Positions 52,216-60,480 of a stretch of DNA of 64,000 bases are shown here, in pieces; positions within the stretch are counted from its first letter, which is position 1, and each line of letters opens with the position of its first letter. Position numbers and translations under genes: made by a program. Under the pieces are notes generated by a model, which saw nothing but the letters and a program-made list of their open reading frames with translations, was not told the origin of the DNA and searched no databases. The stretch is from Candidatus Latescibacterota bacterium (lineage in GTDB: Bacteria > Latescibacterota > UBA2968), in contig OZ241986.1 of NCBI GenBank assembly GCA_965204375.1, positions 4,256,001-4,320,000 on the forward strand. Direction: 5' to 3'.

Positions 52216-52495
52216 GGCTAACCTCTAAGACGAATTTCACTCGCACACTCATCGCTCAAACCCTGCTGCTCCGGTTGACTTCTGTAACGTCCAAAAGAGG
52301 ATGCGAGGATGCCGAAATCCTCGGAGAAGGCCACGTATACCCCAGTACGTGGCCTTCTATACGTGTGAGTCAGAGCAAAAATAATATTATTTTTGTTTTT
52401 GGGGTTGACAAGTTAGTTTTTTTCCCGAAATTTTGCCAATTAGGTCAGGAGAAATAAGATTTGAACGCCTCCTCGTCTAAGAGAAAGGAAGAAAT

Positions 52496-53089
52496 ATGCT
52501 ACTAAGTATCATTGTATTTGGTGTTATTGCTACAAGCGTAACCTCGCTTGTTTTGGCGATTTTAATCATCTACCAACAATGGCCGTATTTTTCGATGCAT
52601 AAGACGGCAGGATGGAATGATAATGAAGTCGCTACGAATTACTTCACCGAATTATTGGATACAGCCGAACATAAAATAAGTATCTCGGATCACGGCAACG
52701 TGATGGACGGGTCTATATATCAGAATGATGCTGTGATTGAGAAAGTGGAAATGAAGCTAAAGGACTATCCGGACTTTGTGATAGAATGTGGCTTTACTTC
52801 CGAAGATCGTAATAAGTTTAGGGAGAAATTTGAAAACCACCCACGAGTAAATATCAAACAAAGAGAGGAACCAGATTTAGACTTTCCTCATTACAAAATT
52901 ACTGACAACGGCAAAAAAGCCCATTTGTCGTGTCACGATTTGGGATCTAATAATCGAAACGTCCAGTATTATGATTTTTCAGAAGTAAAAATCCGCCGAG
53001 GACAGACTGACGTAATAGATAAACACATCGGTGAATATCTTAAAGATATAAAACTTATATTTTCGCCTCTTGGGAGCCAGAATGCCTGA
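52496..53089 (+). CDS. Membrane-anchored protein with possible PLD-like domain
   Basis: N-terminal TM; F..LL..A...I.I; HYKITD resembles a shortened HxK-D motif. Confidence 0.6.
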   Translation: MLLSIIVFGVIATSVTSLVLAILIIYQQWPYFSMHKTAGWNDNEVATNYFTELLDTAEHKISISDHGNVMDGSIYQNDAVIEKVEMKLKDYPDFVIECGFTSEDRNKFREKFENHPRVNIKQREEPDLDFPHYKITDNGKKAHLSCHDLGSNNRNVQYYDFSEVKIRRGQTDVIDKHIGEYLKDIKLIFSPLGSQNA

Positions 53090-53399
53090 TGTGACAGCAT
53101 GGGATGCAATTCCAATTCATCTAATAATAAGTTTTTTTGGATTCTTCACGCTAACATCATTATTTTCAGCATGGACAGATTCTTTTTATGGCAAAAAAGT
53201 TTTCAAAATAGTAGTAGGGATAAACATCGCTATATCTGTTTTTTTTTGGATTGCCATTATGATCCATAGCATTGGGGAGATACAGCAAATGGATTCGTTC
53301 TACCACATACACAATATCTCTTTTGTTTTATTTTCCTATGCTTGGAGCTTGGCTTTATGTCCAGTAGTTTTGTTTTGGCTTGAACTTCGCAGAATATAG
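53082..53399 (+). CDS. Small 3-TM membrane protein
   Basis: MPDVTAW start overlapping the upstream stop; three hydrophobic helices. Confidence 0.6.
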   Translation: MPDVTAWDAIPIHLIISFFGFFTLTSLFSAWTDSFYGKKVFKIVVGINIAISVFFWIAIMIHSIGEIQQMDSFYHIHNISFVLFSYAWSLALCPVVLFWLELRRI

Positions 53400-53485
53400 T
53401 AACCGTCATAGCTACATAGGTCGCCTGAAGGTGCGCTGTTTCGGCCTTAATCCTGCCAAAAAATAGGGTGCATGCATAAAAAAAT

Positions 53486-53562
53486 TTGATCACCTACGAC
53501 ATACTCTGTCATATCTCTTGTTTATCTTTGAGACGCATTCCTTGCAATGCGTCTCTTTTTTT
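53486..53562 (+). promoter_or_regulatory. WYL-type operator/promoter copy 2
   Basis: CGACA-TACTC-TGTCA; TGTCAT-N10-TATCTT; same hairpin plus T7. Confidence 0.8.
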
Positions 53563-53591
53563 AAAATCCATTTAAACAAAGCAGGTGAACC

Positions 53592-55046
53592 ATGACAAGA
53601 CACTATCTCTCCAAATCGAAAATCATGGCGGGGTGTCAGTGTGAGAAGCGTTTGTGGCTGGAGGTGTATCGGTCCGACCTCATTGAATACGGCTCCGATG
53701 TCGAGCAGCGATTTGCGGTGGGCGAGGATGTCAACGATGTAGCTCGCGCTCAATATCCGGACGGGGTACTTGTCTCCTACGATCCTGGACCGGAGGCTGC
53801 GGTAGAGGAAACCCGGCGTCTGCTTGCAGAACAGCCCGATACACCGATCTTCGAGGCCACCTTCAAAGCGCAGGGTGTTCTGGTCCGTGTGGATATCCTC
53901 AACCCGTGCCGCGAAGGCTATGAACTCATCGAAGTAAAATCCAGCACCTCAGTCAAAGATCATTATTGCGAAGATAGTGCCGTGCAAACCTGGGTCCTGG
54001 AATGCGCGGGCATCCCGGTCAAAGCGATCTATCTTTGTCACATCAACAATCAATTCGTCTATCCCGGCAACGGCGATTACCAGGGACTGTTCCACTATGA
54101 AAACATCACGGAAGAGGTACGGGAACTGAGCAGAGAAGTTCCGCAATGGGTGCATCGCTACAGAGAAATGCTCAGTGGCAACGAACCCGAAATCGAAATC
54201 GGACCCCAATGCACGGATCCCTATCCCTGTCCCTTTATCGAATATTGTCGCGGCGAAGAGACCGAGTATCCGCTACGACACCTGCCTCGTATTTCCCGTC
54301 AGCGCATAGACGCCCTGACCGCTGAAGGCATTGAAGACATCCGCGACATACCTGAAGGCCGATTGAGCAGTGCCACACAAGAATGGGTACGACGTATCAC
54401 GATTGCGGGCGAGTCAGAACTAAAACCGGAGGCTGCTGAGGTCGGCGAATATGGTTATCCGCGCTACTACCTCGACTTTGAGACCATCCAATTCGCGGTA
54501 CCCATCTGGGAAGGCACACGCCCTTACCAGGCATTGCCATTTCAATGGTCCTGCCACATTGAACTTGCCAGCGGAGAGTTTCAGCACGAAGCATATCTTG
54601 ACACCAGCGGCAACTCGCCAATGCGTGCCTGTGCGGAATCCCTTATAGAAGTCATAGGCAAGAAAGGCCCAATTTTCGCTTATGGAAGCTATGAAAAAAC
54701 TGTCTTAAATGCCCTGATAGCCCGCTACCCCGATCTTGCCGAGGAACTGCACAAATTGACGGACCGACTCGTGGACCTTCTCTCCATCGTGCGGAAGACG
54801 TATTATCACCCCGACATGCTCGGCTCGTGGTCAATCAAGAACGTATTGCCCACAGTAGCACCACATCTCAACTATGGATCGCTCGGTGATGTGCAGGACG
54901 GAAGCGCGGCGGGAACGGCCTATTTACAAATCATCAACCCGGAAACTGATCCCTTCGAACGCCAACGGCTGGTAAGCGAGTTATTAGCTTATTGCGAGCA
55001 CGACACCCTGGCACTGGTGGAACTCGTGAAATATCTTTCGAAATGA
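53592..55046 (+). CDS. DUF2779-type protein: Cas4-like PD-(D/E)XK/Fe-S domain plus DEDD/RNase H-like domain (copy 1)
   Basis: LSKS..G.QC.KRLWL, RVDIL..ELIEVKSST, C..PY.CPF..YC, YYLDFET, PFQWS.H, SIK.VLP, YC..DT. Confidence 0.88.
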   Translation: MTRHYLSKSKIMAGCQCEKRLWLEVYRSDLIEYGSDVEQRFAVGEDVNDVARAQYPDGVLVSYDPGPEAAVEETRRLLAEQPDTPIFEATFKAQGVLVRVDILNPCREGYELIEVKSSTSVKDHYCEDSAVQTWVLECAGIPVKAIYLCHINNQFVYPGNGDYQGLFHYENITEEVRELSREVPQWVHRYREMLSGNEPEIEIGPQCTDPYPCPFIEYCRGEETEYPLRHLPRISRQRIDALTAEGIEDIRDIPEGRLSSATQEWVRRITIAGESELKPEAAEVGEYGYPRYYLDFETIQFAVPIWEGTRPYQALPFQWSCHIELASGEFQHEAYLDTSGNSPMRACAESLIEVIGKKGPIFAYGSYEKTVLNALIARYPDLAEELHKLTDRLVDLLSIVRKTYYHPDMLGSWSIKNVLPTVAPHLNYGSLGDVQDGSAAGTAYLQIINPETDPFERQRLVSELLAYCEHDTLALVELVKYLSK

Positions 55047-55218
55047 TCCGGGTGAATTCTCTTGAAGAAATTGTTTGCTTTGGCTACATTTATTTTACTG
55101 TAATTTTAGCTTGTTCATGAGAGTTTTTTGCTTATATTTATTGAGTTTATGCATTATTTTGCTTCAAAATCATCTTGTTTGAGATAGTTTTGCTTTTCAT
55201 TGTAACCGGAGGAGAGTT

Positions 55219-55407
55219 ATGTCCCAAAGTCAGCCCCGGAATGAACCAGCTACACAACAGGATCTGGAAGCCCTGTTTCTCCGTATTCCCAAACCCGAAG
55301 ATTTTGAGTTGTCCCCTCAAGAAAAACGGGCACTTGAGGATCTTTTAGCATGGGAAAAAAGGTCTGCAAAAATGCATTGGATTCTGGGACAACCTACGGA
55401 AAAATGA
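55219..55407 (+). CDS. 62-aa hypothetical protein
   Basis: SD GGAGG, directly upstream of the papain-like gene. Confidence 0.6.
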   Translation: MSQSQPRNEPATQQDLEALFLRIPKPEDFELSPQEKRALEDLLAWEKRSAKMHWILGQPTEK

Positions 55408-55468
55408 GTCATCACTAAATCGCAGCCAAAAATCAAAAAGTCTCGTAAAAAATTACGAGGCTTTTTTG

Positions 55469-57163
55469 ATGTATAAAAATAAGGACCCGCCTGTGAAAGA
55501 CACCTTTGCAAAAGAACAAAAACTATTAAAATCCTGCCAAGCTCCTTTTTCGTTTTATCAACTTGTAGAAGACCTCTGGCACCCGAAAAGCAATAGCGGA
55601 TCAGATCCCATGAGTCGTCTATGTACGCTAATGAGAAAGATGAAGGTCAAATCGTTCATTAAGGAAGAATTAGAATTAAACGAGGAATTATTAGAAGAAC
55701 AGGCTATGGCCACCAAACGATGTAAACAAAAGGTAAGCCTCACTGCGACACGCCTGACATTCTTTCGATCATTGCCTTCTCCTCCTAAATGGAACGATCC
55801 AGATAAGTTACCGGACGATCATCTCTTAGGATACGCTGTGATAGCAACACTTGAACTACCTGACGATGAATACAGAACTTACCTATTGGAATCCGTAGTT
55901 CGACCTCCCTCCATCTGGATACGTGATGCAGAAGATCGCATTTCCATTGAACCCATCACGAATTACTACGTACATAACAGAAAAACTTTTGAGACAAATA
56001 TCGGTACAAAAGAAAATTCGAGAACCTTTACTCTGACCGGCAGTTTTTTCGCCCAACAGAACGATATCACCCACGTCTGTGCCCATGCCGCCTTGAGAAC
56101 GGCAATCAATAGCTCATCTACGCTCAATACTGAAAAACTCACAAACCAAAAGATCAATGAGATTCTGGGAATTGATTTCAGCAGCCCCGAAAAATGCGTA
56201 GGTCATATAGATGGTGATCCGCCAGGAACCAAAGAAGGGTTGGAGATTCAAGAGTTAGAGGAAGTCATTCGCCAATTGGGTGGGAGAACAATATCAGCAG
56301 ATTTTGCAGAAAATACTTCGGTAGAATACGACCAATTTATCTATCCATTTGTCGAGTCTGCCTGTCCTGTAATACTGGGAATAGAAGGTTGGAATTTTAA
56401 TAGGTCCAGACCTTCAAGAATTAGCCATGCTGTTTCCGTTTTGGGACATACACTCAATTCAGATAGATGGGAACCGGAAGCCCGCTCTGGATATGGCAGA
56501 TTTCCAGCGGAATCTTATACACCAATCACTGGCTGGGTTGGACACTATATCATCAATGATGATAACTTTGGTATGTATGTGACTTTGCCGTCTGATATGC
56601 TGAGAAACTACCTTGTTCCGTCAAAAAATCCCAACTTACACGCTACAAGAGCAGTTGCCATAGTCCCTTCTGATGTGCAGCTCTCTGGCCTGTCCGCAGA
56701 ACGCATGGCTGTATGGATTGCTCAATCTCTAATTGAAGGTCTAAAAGAATCATCGCCTGTTATTTGGCTTGAAAGATTAGCCCAACAATCTAACAGCATA
56801 GTGAGTCGAACGCTACTTCAAACCAAAGCATCCTATAGACAATACATTGATGGTCTCGTTCAAAGGGACCAAGTAACATTAACTCCAGAAATTAGACAGA
56901 GATTCGAGAATATGCCAGAACATATCTGGGTATCTGAAATTACCTTACCTCATCTTTACACTGGCAATAAACACAAGCTCGGCGATGTAATCATTGACGC
57001 AAATGCTACTGATGAGGAACATAGCGCGGTTGAAAGTTTTGAATTAGCCTGGTTTCCGGGCTTCATATATTTTGGATCAGATCACCAGATTTTTCCCTGG
57101 GATGTGCATACTCATGTGCCACTTATAAGAGAAGAGGAGACAATTCCTCTACTCGAATGGTAA
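55469..57163 (+). CDS. Hypothetical protein with papain/C39-like catalytic motifs
   Basis: QQN....CAHAAL, HAVSVLGH, IINDDNFG.Y. Confidence 0.65.
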   Translation: MYKNKDPPVKDTFAKEQKLLKSCQAPFSFYQLVEDLWHPKSNSGSDPMSRLCTLMRKMKVKSFIKEELELNEELLEEQAMATKRCKQKVSLTATRLTFFRSLPSPPKWNDPDKLPDDHLLGYAVIATLELPDDEYRTYLLESVVRPPSIWIRDAEDRISIEPITNYYVHNRKTFETNIGTKENSRTFTLTGSFFAQQNDITHVCAHAALRTAINSSSTLNTEKLTNQKINEILGIDFSSPEKCVGHIDGDPPGTKEGLEIQELEEVIRQLGGRTISADFAENTSVEYDQFIYPFVESACPVILGIEGWNFNRSRPSRISHAVSVLGHTLNSDRWEPEARSGYGRFPAESYTPITGWVGHYIINDDNFGMYVTLPSDMLRNYLVPSKNPNLHATRAVAIVPSDVQLSGLSAERMAVWIAQSLIEGLKESSPVIWLERLAQQSNSIVSRTLLQTKASYRQYIDGLVQRDQVTLTPEIRQRFENMPEHIWVSEITLPHLYTGNKHKLGDVIIDANATDEEHSAVESFELAWFPGFIYFGSDHQIFPWDVHTHVPLIREEETIPLLEW

Positions 57164-57301
57164 TATTATCTTTTTGATCTCATTATGATACCCATGCCAA
57201 ACAAAGGAATCTCCAATTTATGAGGATATGCAGGATACTCTTGAGCGCAAAAAATCTGGTCAGTTGAAATTTTATACGCATGAGACAATGAGGAATTATT
57301 A

Positions 57302-57550
57302 ATGGAAACGATCCGATTGTCCAATGAGATTTTGGAAAAACTCGGCAAACTATGTCAAGCTGGCGGGTATGAAACCATCGCGCAAGGTTTGGAACATGCT
57401 ATTGACCATCATCTATTAGAACTACGCCGTCAAAGAGCAGAAAAAAGAGGCAAAAAAATAAGAAAAAAATTACAAGAAAAAAATTTGACTGAGGATGAAA
57501 TTCTCAAAGACTTTGAAATATTTCGAGAAAATTTGACGCACCCGATTTGA
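57302..57550 (+). CDS. Small RHH-like putative antitoxin
   Basis: 82 aa, SD GAGG; L.E..LTEDEIL C-terminus; duplicated as remnant at 51.8 kb. Confidence 0.55.
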   Translation: METIRLSNEILEKLGKLCQAGGYETIAQGLEHAIDHHLLELRRQRAEKRGKKIRKKLQEKNLTEDEILKDFEIFRENLTHPI

Positions 57551-57665
57551 TAAACGCCCTGCCTTAAAAAACAAAGACGCAGTTCCAAGGTAGAGGAACT
57601 GCGCCCATTTTATGCCCGGCATCACCTTTACATACGGCGGTGCCAAAGTCGATACCCTCGTGTGT

Positions 57666-57848
57666 TTACGAGGCTCTTTTCGGATAGACGACACGTAGCT
57701 GAGTCATATCGCAGTCATCAAGCATAAGAGTATCGGGATCGTCTTTTATTGCTTTGTCGATCTCCTCATCTGTCACGCGATCCAAATAATCAAAGTCTGT
57801 CCGCGACTTCTCGCTTTTAGACTTTCGACCAGAAAAGCTCTCGTTCAT
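57666..57848 (-). pseudogene. Truncated BrnA-like antitoxin
   Basis: S.TD...L...TDEEI..AI.DDPD N-terminus; C-terminal RHH missing. Confidence 0.6.
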
Positions 57849-57874
57849 TTTTTTGCCCTCCTCGCAATAGTCAC

Positions 57875-58042
57875 CTATCTTTTGCCAGGTTGTTTCGCCA
57901 GATGCGCCTGAGTCATATCATGCGCCCGGCGCAAGTCCTTTAAGGTCATATAGGTAGCTTGAAGATGCGCTGTTTCGGTCTTAATCCGCGCCTGTCTCTC
58001 AGGAGGCAGAGACGCTATTTTTTTTTGTAGGGAAGTTCCCAT
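57875..58042 (-). pseudogene. Truncated XRE/HigA-like antitoxin
   Basis: L...IA.LP.ER.ARI......L.DLRRA..MTQ..LA, cut within the HTH. Confidence 0.65.
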
Positions 58043-58202
58043 CAGATGTTTCCTTTCCATTATCTCAATATAGTTTCAGAGCGATATAGCTTCAAGACAA
58101 TAATAAAAAGGACATCATTGTCGTATGAGAACGCGAGATAAACTCGATCCAGATAAATTGTAGCGAAATTTGTGCCAAAAATATGGTGAATACGTAAAAA
58201 AT

Positions 58203-58278
58203 CTGACCACCTGCGACATACCCTGTCACCCCTTCTGTTTATCTTTTAGGCGCATTCATTGCAATGCATATCTTTTTT
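58203..58278 (+). promoter_or_regulatory. WYL-type operator/promoter copy 3
   Basis: CGACA-TACCC-TGTCA; TGTCAC-N10-TATCTT; hairpin degenerate. Confidence 0.78.
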
Positions 58279-58309
58279 CTAAAGCCCACTTAAACAAAGC
58301 AGGTGAACC

Positions 58310-59773
58310 ATGACAACACATTACCTCTCCAAATCGAAAATCATGGCGGGTCGCCAGTGTGAGAAACGTCTGTGGCTGGAGGTGTATCGGTCCGACCTCA
58401 TCGAATATGGCTCCGATGTTGAGCAGCACTTTGCTGTGGGCGATGACGTCAACGATATGGCTCGCGCCCAATATCCGGACGGCGTACTCGTCTCCTACGA
58501 TCATGGACCGGAGGCTGCGGTAGAGGAAACCCGGCGTCTGATGGCAGAACATCCTGGTAAGCCAATCTTTGAGGCCACCTTCAAAGCGCATGATGTTCTG
58601 GTCCGTGTAGATATCCTCAGGCCATGCCGCGAAGGCTATGAACTCATCGAAGTAAAATCCAGCACCTCGGTCAAAGATCATCATCGCGCAGATAGTGCAG
58701 TGCAGACCTGGGTGCTAAAATCCGCAGGCATCTCGGTCAAAGCGATCTATCTTTGTCACATCGATAGGCAATTCGTATATCCCGGCAACGGCGATTACCG
58801 GGGTCTGTTCCACTATGAAAACATCACGGAACAAGTGCGAGAACTGAGCCGTGCAGTCCCACAATGGGTGCATCGCTACAGAGAAATGCTCAACCGCGAC
58901 GAACCCGAAATCGAAACCGGATCCCAATGCACGGGTCCCTATCCCTGCCCCTTTATCGAATATTGTCGCGGCGAAAAAACCGGGTATCCACTACGACACC
59001 TGCCTCGGATTTCTCATCAACTCATAGACGCCCTGACTGCTGAAGGCATTGAAGACATCCGCGACATACCTGAAGGCCGCTTGAGCAGTGTCACACAAGA
59101 ATGGGTACGACGTGTCACGATTGCGGGCGAGCCGGAACTAAAGCCGGAGGCTGCGGAGGTCGGCGAATATGGTTATCCGCGCTACTATCTCGACTTTGAG
59201 ACCATCCAATTCGCGGTTCCTATCTGGAAAGGCACACGCCCTTACCAGGCATTGCCATTTCAATGGTCCTGCCACATTGAACTTGCCAGCGGTGAGCTTC
59301 GGCACGAAGAATATCTTGACACCATTGGCAAACCACCGATGCTTACCTGTGCGGAATCGCTGATCGAAATCATAGGAGAGGAAGGGCCGATCTTCACTTA
59401 TGGGCACTTTGAAAAGGGGGGCTTGAATGCCCTTGCAGCCCGCTACCCCCATCTCGCCGACGATCTGCACAAATTGACGGAACGACTCGTAGATCTCCTT
59501 CCCATCATGCGGAGAACTTACTATCACCCCGATATGCTCGGCTCGTGGTCGCTCAAAGACGTGTTGCCCACAATAGCACCGCATCTCGACTATGGATCGC
59601 TCGGTGACGTACAGGACGGAAACGCGGCGGGAACTGCCTATTTACAGATCATCAACCCTGAGACTATTGCCGCCGAGCGCGAACGTTTGACGCACGAGTT
59701 GCTGGCTTATTGCAAGCGCGACACCCTGGCACTGGTAGAACTCGTGACGTATCTTTCGCAAGGATCCGGATGA
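58310..59773 (+). CDS. DUF2779-type nuclease (copy 2)
   Basis: Colinear paralog of 53592-55046 with all motifs retained. Confidence 0.88.
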   Translation: MTTHYLSKSKIMAGRQCEKRLWLEVYRSDLIEYGSDVEQHFAVGDDVNDMARAQYPDGVLVSYDHGPEAAVEETRRLMAEHPGKPIFEATFKAHDVLVRVDILRPCREGYELIEVKSSTSVKDHHRADSAVQTWVLKSAGISVKAIYLCHIDRQFVYPGNGDYRGLFHYENITEQVRELSRAVPQWVHRYREMLNRDEPEIETGSQCTGPYPCPFIEYCRGEKTGYPLRHLPRISHQLIDALTAEGIEDIRDIPEGRLSSVTQEWVRRVTIAGEPELKPEAAEVGEYGYPRYYLDFETIQFAVPIWKGTRPYQALPFQWSCHIELASGELRHEEYLDTIGKPPMLTCAESLIEIIGEEGPIFTYGHFEKGGLNALAARYPHLADDLHKLTERLVDLLPIMRRTYYHPDMLGSWSLKDVLPTIAPHLDYGSLGDVQDGNAAGTAYLQIINPETIAAERERLTHELLAYCKRDTLALVELVTYLSQGSG

Positions 59774-59851
59774 ATTCTCTTGAAGAATCTGTTTGCATTG
59801 GCTACATTTGTTGCAAAGATCATTCCACTATTCTTCTGAAGGAGTATCTCA

Positions 59852-60115
59852 ATGGCCGTTTCGACCCCCATTGATGTGCCAGAATCTTGTCCAACAATAG
59901 CCAAGAAACCCGAAAATATACAAAAAGAACTTTGGGAAGCATTTGAGAGTGCTGTTGTAAAAGCGCAAAAGCAGGGCATTCCAGAAGAAGAAATTTTTCA
60001 ATTTTTGGAAGACGTGATTGACAATCGAGCAGCAGATCAAGCATTAAAAGAAATGGAACGCACAGGGGAAAAACCCATTCCATGGGCAAAAGTCAAAAAG
60101 GAAGCGGGACTATAG
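59852..60115 (+). CDS. Antitoxin of the adjacent RelE
   Basis: LED..D......AL.E....GE.PIPW..VK.E.GL; SD AAGGAG. Confidence 0.8.
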   Translation: MAVSTPIDVPESCPTIAKKPENIQKELWEAFESAVVKAQKQGIPEEEIFQFLEDVIDNRAADQALKEMERTGEKPIPWAKVKKEAGL

Positions 60116-60369
60116 CTTACACAATCGACTTCACACGCCGTTCACGCAGACAATTTTTAAAATTACCTGCCCAGATCCAACATCGGATTCAACCCCATAT
60201 TGATGCCCTGGAAACAGAGCCTCGCCCATCTGGATGTATTAAACTCAAAAGATTCTCTGACCGCTATCGAATCCGTGTTGGTGCATACCGCATCATTTAC
60301 GAAATTCAAGATGAGATTCTTGTTATACTTGTAGTGGAAATAGGCCACCGACGCGATATCTATCGGTAA
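60112..60369 (+). CDS. relE: RelE/ParE-family toxin (apparent ATA start)
   Basis: Y.I.F, PRP.G..KL....YRIRVG.YRIIYEI.D..L.ILVV.IGHRRDIYR. Confidence 0.82.
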   Translation: MAYTIDFTRRSRRQFLKLPAQIQHRIQPHIDALETEPRPSGCIKLKRFSDRYRIRVGAYRIIYEIQDEILVILVVEIGHRRDIYR

Positions 60370-60383
60370 TCCTTCATTCTTTT

Positions 60384-60420
60384 AGGAGGTGACAACACAA
60401 CGTCACCTCCTCTTTTCTTT
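60384..60420 (+). terminator. Intrinsic terminator
   Basis: AGGAGGTGAC-N8-GTCACCTCCT followed by T-rich tail. Confidence 0.75.
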
Positions 60421-60480
60421 GCCTTGACAGCGGGAACAAACTGTATTAGGATGCGTCCTGATATTCACAGGAGAAACAGA

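Larger units (their letters stand above)
44144..60411. mobile_element. Integrase-less variable island/hotspot next to tRNA-Leu
   Basis: WYL, nucleases, TA remnants, internal duplications, AT-rich cargo; no integrase or attR seen. Confidence 0.6.

Noticed and set aside
52325-52358. 13-bp perfect hairpin AGAAGGCCACGTA..TACGTGGCCTTCT
   Set aside because: Single copy, no T-tract, no supportable function
53592-59773. CRISPR-Cas4 adaptation locus
   Set aside because: Cas4-like motifs only; no cas1/cas2 or array in the window
43960-60420. tRNA-Leu attR duplicate, or integron attC sites between cargo genes
   Set aside because: No copy of the tRNA 3' end and no RYYYAAC..GTTRRRY-type repeats found by eye
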